The notes below the pieces were generated by a model. That model was not told the DNA's origin and did no database searches. It saw nothing but the letters and a program-made list of their open reading frames with translations. From Thermoplasmata archaeon (lineage in GTDB: Archaea; Thermoplasmatota; E2; JACPAO01; JAHFTW01): a DNA stretch of 64,000 nt. Location of the stretch: positions 1-64,000 of the forward strand of contig JAXDQS010000001.1 in assembly GCA_034667725.1 (NCBI GenBank), read 5' to 3'. Positions 37,139-45,380 of the stretch are shown piece by piece. A program made the position numbers and the translations under genes. Every line of letters starts with the position of its first letter. Positions within the stretch are counted from its first letter, which is position 1.

Positions 37139-38886
37139 TTCAGGCGGGGCAGCATCGGCTCCGACAGGAACCATGCGAGGGCGGGGTTCGCGTACGGGTC
37201 CGCCGCCGGCACCAACGAGCGGTCTGCGCGTGCAGCCTCGTGGAACAGGCCGCCATCGAAGGGGCGCGGCTGGCCCGGGCGGACCGCCTTTGCGCACGGC
37301 GTGAACATGGCGTGCTGGCCAGCTTGGCGGGCCCGCAGGCAGAAGACCGCAAGCATCTCGTCCAGGTCGGCGCTGGCAGGGGTGCCTTGCGCAGCCAGCG
37401 CCGTCGCGGGAATGGCCACAAGGTCGGGCGCGACCACGAGGTGGCGGCGATACCACGTCGTCGAGCCGAACAGGCTGAAGTGGTCCTGCATCCCCTCGAA
37501 CAGCGGCACCGCGGAGCCGGTCGGCCCGAGCACGCGGCCGGTCGCCACGATGTTGCCGTCCGGGTAGTGCACGGCGCCGGCCACGGCCGCGGCGCCTGGC
37601 CGGCGGGTCCAGCGCTCCAGCTCCTCCAGCCAGTCCGCATCCTGGACCAAGAGGTCGTCGGCAAGCAGGGCCACCATGCCGTCGGCCTGGGTGCGGGCTG
37701 CGTCCCACGGGACGGCCGAGGTCGGCTGGACGCGCGGGTCGCCCACGGCCAGCGCGGCCTGCCAGCGGGGGTCGCCGGGCGTGGCGGGGACCAACGCGCG
37801 CCACCGAGGGTGCCGGGTGGTCTTGCACAACGCACGCAGGCAGGCGGCCAGCCGGGCGGGCGGCGACGAACCCCAGACGACGACCAGGACGTTCGCGGGC
37901 GGAGTCGTCCAGGTGGAGCGGATGAGGCCGGGATGGTGGGCGTCCACCTTGGGCTCAGGAACCCCGAGGCGCTCCAAGTGGCGCCGGATGGCGGCCTCTT
38001 GGCTGAGGTAGACCTTTGGCTTGGCCGCGCCGGAGCTTGCCGTCGAGGCGGGCACCATGCGCCAATGGTACAGGACGCGGGGGACATGCGCGACCGCGTC
38101 GGTCCGCTCGGTGAGCCGGAACGCCAGGTCCCAGTCCTGCGACCCGTCGGTGGCGGGGTCGAAGCCGCCCAGGTCCCGCACCAGCCGCGCCCGGAAGACG
38201 GAGTGCATGAGATAGTTGGCGCACAGCAGCGTCTCGGGCGACCAGCCGGGCTTGAACCAGGGCTCCAGATGGCGGGTGCCGTCGGCAGAGACCTTGTCCT
38301 CGTCGACGTACACGATGTCCAGGCTGCGGTCCGCCACGATGCGTTCGGCGACCAGGAAAACGAAGTCGGGCGCGATGACGTCGTCGTGGTCGAGGATGGC
38401 CACGTAGTCGCCCGTCGCGAGGGCCAAGGCGGCGTTGGAGTTGCCCGAGATGCCGAGGTTCTCGGGCAGGAACACGGTCTTGATCCGCCGGTCTTCGGCG
38501 GCATGGCGGGCCATGATGTCGCGCAGGCGCTGGTCCTTGGAGCAGCCGTCGGCCAGGCAGAGTTCCCAATGCGGCGCGCTCTGGGCGCGGACGCTCTGGA
38601 TGGTCGCCTCGAGCACGCTCGGCGCGACGTTCCAGACTGGCGTGAGGAAGCTGATGCGGGGCGGGTCGTCCCAGGACGCGGCCACGCTGGCCTGACGGGC
38701 GAGCTCCGCGGCCGTGGGCTGCTTCTTGGCCAGCCACTCCTCGTAGCGGCGCCACGAAATCAAGAAACGGCGTTGGATCTCCAAGCCGATCCATCGTCTG
38801 GTCTTGCGCGCAAGAGGCCTCGGGCCCTCAGCGCGCAGGACACGCCAGGCTTGGCCTGCCAGGACGGGGAGGTCTCGGAGCCTCAA
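37135..38886 (-). CDS. GT2 glycosyltransferase (one intact and one degenerate GT2 domain)
   Basis: ISFLTPVWN, WELCLADG, GISGNSN, LDHDD, YVDED, GSQDWDL, LYHWR; TTGA overlap start. Confidence 0.88.
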   Translation of the reverse strand: MRLRDLPVLAGQAWRVLRAEGPRPLARKTRRWIGLEIQRRFLISWRRYEEWLAKKQPTAAELARQASVAASWDDPPRISFLTPVWNVAPSVLEATIQSVRAQSAPHWELCLADGCSKDQRLRDIMARHAAEDRRIKTVFLPENLGISGNSNAALALATGDYVAILDHDDVIAPDFVFLVAERIVADRSLDIVYVDEDKVSADGTRHLEPWFKPGWSPETLLCANYLMHSVFRARLVRDLGGFDPATDGSQDWDLAFRLTERTDAVAHVPRVLYHWRMVPASTASSGAAKPKVYLSQEAAIRRHLERLGVPEPKVDAHHPGLIRSTWTTPPANVLVVVWGSSPPARLAACLRALCKTTRHPRWRALVPATPGDPRWQAALAVGDPRVQPTSAVPWDAARTQADGMVALLADDLLVQDADWLEELERWTRRPGAAAVAGAVHYPDGNIVATGRVLGPTGSAVPLFEGMQDHFSLFGSTTWYRRHLVVAPDLVAIPATALAAQGTPASADLDEMLAVFCLRARQAGQHAMFTPCAKAVRPGQPRPFDGGLFHEAARADRSLVPAADPYANPALAWFLSEPMLPRLK

Positions 38887-39920
38887 ACGTCGCGGTCGAG
38901 CCGGCGCAAGGCCTTGGACGTTTGCCGCGCGGCCTGCAGGACGCCGCGGCCGGAGAGCAGCAGCCCGCGCCGCCGCAGCTCCTTGTCGGACACCGTTCGC
39001 CTTGCCTGGATCGCGGCCCGTTGCTGCAGCGCCGCCGGCATGGCCCCCAAGCCAGCCAGCGTGCCCCGCAGGCACGCAGCGGCGTGGCGGGGGCGGCCGC
39101 GCGCAAGCAGCGCGGCGGCCCGCGCGAGGTTGAGGCCAACCGACGCGGCCGCGGGCAGCACGGGGCGGGCGCGGTTCTTCAGCAAGGAGGCGAACCGGGT
39201 GCGGGTGCCCCAGTACAAGGTCGTCGCGGACTGCCTGCGGGTGGAGGCGCCGTAGCGGTGCCAGACGACGCTGCCAGGGGCGTGGAGGCAGCGGCCGCCT
39301 GCAAGCCAGACGCGGTGGCAGAAGTCGGCGTCCTCGGTGTAGAGGAAGAACGCAGGGTCGAAGCCGCCGTGGGCAAGGAAGGCGTCGCGCCGGAACAAGG
39401 CGGCCCCGCCGCAGACGGCGCCCGTCTCGCCCACGGATTCCCCTGCATGGGACGAGGCCGGCTCTCCAAGGCCGAGGTCGAGGCCGCCGCCCAAGGGCGA
39501 CAGGACGGCGCCGGCGTGGTGCAGCAACGGCATCGCAGCGGGCCGGTCACGCCACAGCAGGAGCCGAGAGCCCACGGCCGCCGCGTCGGGATGGAGGTCC
39601 GCCGCCTCCACCAACGTTCTCAGCCAGTCCCGCTCGGCCCGCGTGTCGTTGTTCAGCAGCACGACGCAAGGGGTCTGCACCATAGCGATGGCTTGGTTCA
39701 TCGCCTTGGCGAAGCCGAGGTTCTCGCCGCAGTCGTGCAGGCGGACCTTGGGGAACCGCGTGCGGACGAACGCCTGCGAGCCGTCGGTGGAGCCGTTGTC
39801 CCACACCAATACGTCGAACGGTTCGTGGATGTCCTGGGCAAGGACCGCGTCGAGGCACTCCTGCAGGTGGTGGCGGCCGTTCCAGTTCAGGACGATGACC
39901 GTGATGCGCGGCCCGGCCAT
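38883..39920 (-). CDS. GT2 glycosyltransferase (WbbL-like)
   Basis: IVLNWNG, DNGSTDGS, NLGFAKAMN, LLNNDT, GGFDPAFFLYTEDADF. Confidence 0.92.
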   Translation of the reverse strand: MAGPRITVIVLNWNGRHHLQECLDAVLAQDIHEPFDVLVWDNGSTDGSQAFVRTRFPKVRLHDCGENLGFAKAMNQAIAMVQTPCVVLLNNDTRAERDWLRTLVEAADLHPDAAAVGSRLLLWRDRPAAMPLLHHAGAVLSPLGGGLDLGLGEPASSHAGESVGETGAVCGGAALFRRDAFLAHGGFDPAFFLYTEDADFCHRVWLAGGRCLHAPGSVVWHRYGASTRRQSATTLYWGTRTRFASLLKNRARPVLPAAASVGLNLARAAALLARGRPRHAAACLRGTLAGLGAMPAALQQRAAIQARRTVSDKELRRRGLLLSGRGVLQAARQTSKALRRLDRDV

Positions 39921-39970
39921 GTCGTCGCTTGGGGACGGATGGCGGGCACTTAAGAGTGGGATGGTTGGCC

Positions 39971-40996
39971 ATGCCCGTGGCAGGGCCCGCGCCGAAGGTC
40001 TCCATCCTCATCGCCACCTACGACGGCGCCCGCTTCATCCCCGACCTGGCCGCTTCGCTGGCGCGGCAGGAGGGTCCGGCGTTCGAGGTCGTCGTGGTGG
40101 ACAACGCCTCGCGCGACGGCACCGCCGACGAGGTCGCGCGCCTCATGCCGACGGCCCGCGTCATCCGGTCCGACCGCAACCTCGGCTTCTGCGGCGGCAA
40201 CAACCTCGCGGCCCGCAACGCGGCGGGCGAGCTCCTGGTGCTGCTGAACCAGGACACCGAGGTCCGGCCGGGGTGGCTTGCGCATCTGGTGGCGGCGGTC
40301 GAGGCCGACCTGACCGTCGGCGTGGCCCAGTCGAAGGTGCTGCTGCACCGCGACCCGACCATCCTCAACTCCGTCGGCTGCGGCTTCAACTACCTGTTCT
40401 TCGGCTGGGCCGACCGCAACGGCCAGAAGGACGACGTCGAGGGGCCGCCGTTCGAGGTGCCGTACTGCCAAGGCGCGTCGCTCATCATCCGGCGGGCGCT
40501 GTACGAGGAGCTGGGCGGCTTCGACGAGCCGTTCTTCATGTACCACGACGACCTTGAGCTGGGCCTGAAGGCGCGGCTGGCGGGGAAGCGCTGCGTCTGC
40601 GTGCCCGACTCCGTGGTGCTGCACAAATACAACGAGGCGTCGCCGCCCCAGAAGCTGTACCTGCTGGAGCGCAACCGGCACCTCATGATGTGGAAATACT
40701 ATGGTCGCTGGACCCGGTTCCTGCTGTGGCCGCTCAACGCCCTGATGGACGGCGGCATCTTCCTGCTTGCCATCCCGCAGCAGTGGTGGCGGGAGAAGCT
40801 GCGGGCCCACCGCGACGCCCGCCGGATGCTCAAGGCCGCCCGCGGCCCCAGCCCGCACCATCCCTACACCGACGCCCAGCTGGTGCGGCTCTTGGGCTGC
40901 CGGTTCGAGGCGGGCGCCGTGGCCCCAAGCTTCAACCAGAAGGTCGCGCGGTTCCTGATGCGGGCCTACTATCCCATCGTCAAAGCCCTCGCTTAA
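39971..40996 (+). CDS. GT2 glycosyltransferase (WbbL-like)
   Basis: VDNASRDGT, NLGFCGGNN, LLNQDT, GGFDEPFFMYHDDLEL. Confidence 0.92.
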   Translation: MPVAGPAPKVSILIATYDGARFIPDLAASLARQEGPAFEVVVVDNASRDGTADEVARLMPTARVIRSDRNLGFCGGNNLAARNAAGELLVLLNQDTEVRPGWLAHLVAAVEADLTVGVAQSKVLLHRDPTILNSVGCGFNYLFFGWADRNGQKDDVEGPPFEVPYCQGASLIIRRALYEELGGFDEPFFMYHDDLELGLKARLAGKRCVCVPDSVVLHKYNEASPPQKLYLLERNRHLMMWKYYGRWTRFLLWPLNALMDGGIFLLAIPQQWWREKLRAHRDARRMLKAARGPSPHHPYTDAQLVRLLGCRFEAGAVAPSFNQKVARFLMRAYYPIVKALA

Positions 40997-42744
40997 TCAG
41001 GCTGGACGGTGAAGCCGCCGAAGGTGAACAGCGCCTTCCACACCAAGCGATGCAGGGCTTCGAACGGCGCCGCGACGCCGGGCAACGTCACGACGGGCTC
41101 GTGGTAGCGCGCCGTGGTGAGCTGGAGGAGCAGTTGCAAGCCGAACGCCAGCGCGACGCCGGCCACCACCAAGTTCCGCGACCAGTCCCGCGCCCACGCC
41201 AGCGACGCCAGGATCGCCAACGCCACCGCCAGCCCGCCGTACCGGAACAGCACCACGTGCTCGCTGGCATGGTTGTAGTCCGACCAGTAGCCGAGCAGCG
41301 CCTGGTGCAGCGCCCAGGTCGGGACGATGGCCAAGGGCAGCAGCGCCGCCACGCCGCCGGCCACCGCCCGCGCCGCCGGCCGCAGCGGCACGCCGGCGAA
41401 CAGGGCTTGGGCGGCGGGCGCGGCCAGCAGCGTCAGCAGCGGCCACAGGGTCGAGGCGTAGCGGATGTCGTAGCCGCCGCCGGGCTCCAGCAGGAACCGT
41501 CCCATGAACAGCACGAGGACGGCGGCGTAGGCCGCCGCGAGCAGCCGCCAGTCGCTGGGCAGCACGCGCCGCCAGGGGCGGTGGGCAAGCGCCGCGAACG
41601 CCAGCACCACGAACGGCGCCACCGACAGGAACGAGAACGCCGGGTCCACGTCGGACAAGCGGGTCCACACCAGGCTCTGCGCGATGGCCGACAAGCCGCC
41701 GGCCGGATCCGCCACCAAGGAATGCGAGAAGTAGCCGCCCTCCTCCAACGCCGCGAGGGACTGGACCGCGTACGCGCCGGCAGGAGGCGCTGTCGCGAAC
41801 ACCGGGAACTGCGGGCCCACCCCTTCCGCCCGCAACAGGTGCTGCTGCGCGACGAACGCGAGGAACCCGAGGCCGAAGCCGGCGAGGGCGGCGGCAGCGC
41901 GCGGCATCCAATGGCGGGGGGCTTGGCGCAGGCCGCGCAGGCCGACGACGCCGAGGCCGAAGGCCAGGAACAGGCCGAGCACCAGCTCGTTCCAGCAGGC
42001 CAAGCCCGCCACCCCGAAGGCCGCGAAGGTGCGCGCGACCGGGGTGCGGTGGCCGTCGCGGTAGAGCCAGGCCGCAAGGGTCAGCAGGAAGGTGGCGAGG
42101 GCGTGGTACTTGGCCGACAGCGCCCAGAACGCCATCGGGGTCGCGAACGCGTACGCCAGGACGAGGCCGAGCCGGACGTTGGCGGACACCCGGCCTTCCA
42201 GGAGGCGCCACAGCAGGGCGGCCGTCGCGGCGTGCGCGGCCAGCGACACCAGCTGGAGGGCCGCGAACTCCAGGAACGGCGAGCCCGGTGCGGGCTGCGG
42301 CCAAAGCATGGGCGTGGCCACGAACAGCAGCGGCACCGCGGGCAGCAGCCGGCCGGCCCGGCCGAGCAGGGACTGCTTTCGCTCCCACGCGGCCGCCACC
42401 ACCCACGGCACGATGCAGGCGAGCGCGATGGCGCCCTGGGTCCCAAGGGCTGCCGCCGCCAGGCGCAGGAGCAGAAGGGCGGGCACGGCGGCCACGCTCA
42501 ACATCGTCGAGGCGATGGGCGCCGCCGGCGGGTCGCCGGGATGCGGCACGACCCATTGGCCCACCACGGGGTCCGCCAGCACAGGCCCGTAGCCGGCCGG
42601 CAGGTCGTCGCGCAGCGCCAAGTGCCCTTCCATGACGCTGGTCAGGCTGGCGGCCTGGACGACCTCGTCGTCCATGAGGATGCCCGGCCGCCACAGCAGC
42701 AGCAGGGCGCACAGGACCAGGAGCCCGAGCCGGCGCGCCTGCAC
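40993..42744 (-). CDS. Polytopic membrane protein, possible GT-C-fold glycosyltransferase
   Basis: More than 10 hydrophobic segments; acidic DDE after the first TM; YAFATPMAFW, GGYDIRY loop motifs. Confidence 0.6.
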   Translation of the reverse strand: MQARRLGLLVLCALLLLWRPGILMDDEVVQAASLTSVMEGHLALRDDLPAGYGPVLADPVVGQWVVPHPGDPPAAPIASTMLSVAAVPALLLLRLAAAALGTQGAIALACIVPWVVAAAWERKQSLLGRAGRLLPAVPLLFVATPMLWPQPAPGSPFLEFAALQLVSLAAHAATAALLWRLLEGRVSANVRLGLVLAYAFATPMAFWALSAKYHALATFLLTLAAWLYRDGHRTPVARTFAAFGVAGLACWNELVLGLFLAFGLGVVGLRGLRQAPRHWMPRAAAALAGFGLGFLAFVAQQHLLRAEGVGPQFPVFATAPPAGAYAVQSLAALEEGGYFSHSLVADPAGGLSAIAQSLVWTRLSDVDPAFSFLSVAPFVVLAFAALAHRPWRRVLPSDWRLLAAAYAAVLVLFMGRFLLEPGGGYDIRYASTLWPLLTLLAAPAAQALFAGVPLRPAARAVAGGVAALLPLAIVPTWALHQALLGYWSDYNHASEHVVLFRYGGLAVALAILASLAWARDWSRNLVVAGVALAFGLQLLLQLTTARYHEPVVTLPGVAAPFEALHRLVWKALFTFGGFTVQPD

Positions 42745-42778
42745 GCCCGGGCCAGCCGGCGGGCCCAGATAAGGCGCG

Positions 42779-43162
42779 TCAGCGGAACTCGCCGAAGTAG
42801 AGCACCGACTCGTCGGGGTCGTGCACCAAGGTCACGGTGCCCGGGCTGCTGCACACCACTTCGTCGCCGGCCTCGATCGGGCCAGCCGGGAGCACGCACG
42901 CCGCCGAGCCGCCCAGCCGGACCTCGGACCAGTCGAGCGGCCCGCCGGGGACCGAGACCACCTGGAGCCGGCCGCCGGGACCGTCCGGGTCCGGGAACGC
43001 CTGGAAGGTCGCCTTCTGCTCGGGGGCGTCCTGCTGGTCAGTGAACTCGTTGGTGAAGAACACCACGGCCACGCCGACGACGACCACGATGCCCACCATG
43101 AGGACGACGGCCACGTTGGCCGAGACCGCCTCCTGGTCGCCGCGGAACCGAGGGGACGCCAC
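42779..43162 (-). CDS. Type IV pilin (minor paralogue)
   Basis: RGDQEA|VSANVAVVLMVGIVV; AAC..AGDEVVC Cys pair shared with the neighbouring pilin. Confidence 0.85.
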   Translation of the reverse strand: MASPRFRGDQEAVSANVAVVLMVGIVVVVGVAVVFFTNEFTDQQDAPEQKATFQAFPDPDGPGGRLQVVSVPGGPLDWSEVRLGGSAACVLPAGPIEAGDEVVCSSPGTVTLVHDPDESVLYFGEFR

Positions 43163-43221
43163 GGCCCGCCGAGGCTGGCGGCTCGTGATAGGCGTTGCTG
43201 GAGGGTTCCGCGTTGCCGCGA

Positions 43222-43268
43222 CACAAAACAGGGTTGGGAAAGGGAAGAGGGAGGGGGAGAAGGAAACC
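43222..43268 (-). terminator. Pyrimidine/T-rich tract downstream of the major pilin
   Basis: Minus strand reads TTTCCTTCTCCCCCTCCCTCTTCCCTTTCCCAACCCTGTTTTGTG. Confidence 0.45.
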
Positions 43269-43282
43269 TTCACGCCGCGCGC

Positions 43283-43693
43283 TTAGAACTGCGCGGTGTA
43301 GATGAGGGTGTTCGTCGGGATGTAGCGGACGTAGAACGGGCCGTCGCCATCGGTGGCGCTGCAGACGATGACGTCGCCGGCATCCAGGGCGCCGGTCGGC
43401 TTGGTGCAGGCCGCGGTGCCGGAGGTGTTCTTGATCTCGACGTCGCCCCAGACGAGGCCGTTGTCAGGGGCGCCCTGGACGGCGATGACCGTCAAGGTGC
43501 CGCCAGCCAGGCTGGAGTCCGACTGCTTGTTGAACGTGATCGAGGGGCTCTGGTCCTCCTGGTTGCCCGCGAGGCGGGTGACGAGGACGAAGACGACCGC
43601 CGCGAGGACGACCGTGATGGCGACCATCAGGATGACGCCGATGACGGGCGACACGGCCTCGTCGTTGTTGCTGAACGCTTGGTTTGCCTTCAT
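43283..43693 (-). CDS. Archaeal type IV pilin (probable major pilin)
   Basis: NNDEA|VSPVIGVILMVAITVVLAAVV; GGAGG SD; TATATA near 43742-43747; NTS sequon. Confidence 0.93.
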   Translation of the reverse strand: MKANQAFSNNDEAVSPVIGVILMVAITVVLAAVVFVLVTRLAGNQEDQSPSITFNKQSDSSLAGGTLTVIAVQGAPDNGLVWGDVEIKNTSGTAACTKPTGALDAGDVIVCSATDGDGPFYVRYIPTNTLIYTAQF

Positions 43694-43894
43694 TGTGATT
43701 CCTCCCTGGCTTACAGGGCATTCGCGCTGAGTTTCACCCGCTATATAGCGCTTGCTGGATGATTTCGCGTGGAACTCTAGTTCTTCCAGAGGAATCCTCG
43801 GCTTTCGCTTCTCCAGGCGGCGTGCCCTCCTGTTACCCTCTTGCCGAAGCGCCGATGGAAAGCCTTCAAGCCCTGGCACGGAGGAGGGGGGCCT

Positions 43895-44689
43895 GTGACC
43901 AGCGCCGGCGAGGTGGAGCAGTTCGCCTACTGCGCCCACAACTGGCTCCTGGCCCGGCACGGCGTCGAGGGGAACCTGCCCGGCACCCAGCGCGGCATCG
44001 AGGAGCACCGGGCCGCCGGCGCCGCGTTGGCCTCCTCCCAGCGCGAGGAGCGCGACTTCCGCGCCGGCCTTGCCTGGTCGCTGCGCATCAGCCTGGTCGG
44101 CTTGTCCATCCTGCTGGTGGTCCTCGCCGTCGCCCTGTTGGAGAACTCCCTGGTGAGCCTTCTGGCCTTGGCGGTCGCCCTGCTGGTGCTGCTGGCCTCC
44201 AGCGCCTTGCTGACGGTCGCCCTTGCCAGCCAGGTCCGGGCCCGCCGCATCCAGCGCGCCGCCCACCTCGTGCCCGGCCAAGTGCTCCAGGACGACCTCG
44301 GCGCCCAAGCCCCCCTGCTCGAAGACCCGACGTGGGGCATCTCCGGCCGCCCCGACTACCTGCTGCAGACCCGCAGCGGCACCGTGCCCGTCGAGGTCAA
44401 GACCGGCCGCACGCCGGACGCGCCCTACCGCAGCCACGCCCTGCAGCTCGCCTGCTACCTCCGCCTGGTGGAGGCCACCTCCGGCCGCGCGCCGGAGTAC
44501 GGGTTCCTGAGCTACCCGGGCGGGACGTTCCGGGTCGAATGGGACGACGCCTTGCGCGAGGACCTGCGCCAGACGGTCGAGCGGCTCGCCGTCGCCCGCG
44601 CCAGCGGGGTCGCCGACCGCGACCACGACCAGCCCGGCCGGTGCCGCGGCTGCGCGCGCCGGGCCGCCTGCGACCAGCGGCTGGCTTGA
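43895..44689 (+). CDS. Solo Cas4-like PD-(D/E)XK nuclease with inserted two-TM hairpin
   Basis: SAGEVEQFAYC, GRPDY, VEVK, QLACY, CRGCARRAAC (four Fe-S-type Cys); two hydrophobic helices in the middle; GTG preceded by GGAGGAGG. Confidence 0.88.
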   Translation: MTSAGEVEQFAYCAHNWLLARHGVEGNLPGTQRGIEEHRAAGAALASSQREERDFRAGLAWSLRISLVGLSILLVVLAVALLENSLVSLLALAVALLVLLASSALLTVALASQVRARRIQRAAHLVPGQVLQDDLGAQAPLLEDPTWGISGRPDYLLQTRSGTVPVEVKTGRTPDAPYRSHALQLACYLRLVEATSGRAPEYGFLSYPGGTFRVEWDDALREDLRQTVERLAVARASGVADRDHDQPGRCRGCARRAACDQRLA

Positions 44690-44771
44690 AGCCCGGCGGA
44701 CGCGCCAACGCCTGCCCGACTTCGCGCCGCCCTGCCGCAGGACCATGCCGGACCCACGGCTGCCTGGGCCC

Positions 44772-45173
44772 ATGCGGTTCCTCACTGTCCAGGAAGTCTT
44801 GTGGATGCACGCGTTCCTGCTGCACCGGGACGGCGGCGAGCCTGGGATGCTCAACCTGGGCCTTCTGGACGCCGCCCTCGACCGCTGCCGGTTCGGCCCG
44901 TTCGCGCAGCCGCCCGACCTGGCCGCCCGCGCCGCCTTCCTGATGCGCGGCATCTGCCAGGACCACCCGTTCGTGGACGGCAACAAGCGCACCTCGGTGG
45001 AAGCCCTGGACACGTTCCTGCGCGAGAACGGGATGCCGCTGGTTTGGTCGCGCCCCGAGGCGGTCGCGTTCGCGCTCTCCGTCGCGTTGGGCATGGACAT
45101 CGACGGCACCACCGCCTGGATTCGCCGCCGGATACCAAACCTCCAAACGGTCGAACGAGGTGATGCCCCATGA
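44772..45173 (+). CDS. doc: Doc (death-on-curing) family Fic-domain toxin
   Basis: FLTVQEVLWMH, GLLDAALDR, HPFVDGNKRT; alternative ATG at 44745. Confidence 0.9.
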   Translation: MRFLTVQEVLWMHAFLLHRDGGEPGMLNLGLLDAALDRCRFGPFAQPPDLAARAAFLMRGICQDHPFVDGNKRTSVEALDTFLRENGMPLVWSRPEAVAFALSVALGMDIDGTTAWIRRRIPNLQTVERGDAP

Positions 45174-45304
45174 TGACGGGCGCGTTCCAATGCTCTCCCC
45201 AGGAGGAGGCCATCCTGGCCGGGATGGACCCCATCACCCGCCGGCACTTCCTCGAGTCCTACGAGCAGAACAAGGACGCGCTGCGCGACCTGGCGCGCCT
45301 CTGA
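45170..45304 (+). CDS. 44-aa putative antitoxin (not in the ORF track)
   Basis: MMTGAFQCSPQEEAILAGMDPITRRHFLESYEQNKDALRDLARL; ATGA overlap with doc; GAGGTGA SD at 45157-45163; GC3-rich codons. Confidence 0.72.
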   Translation: MMTGAFQCSPQEEAILAGMDPITRRHFLESYEQNKDALRDLARL

Positions 45305-45380
45305 TTTCCATCCCGCGCCCCCATCGCTTTCACCGCGCCCTGCCGGACCTTCATCGCCTTTCCGGCGCGATGGGGGTCCC

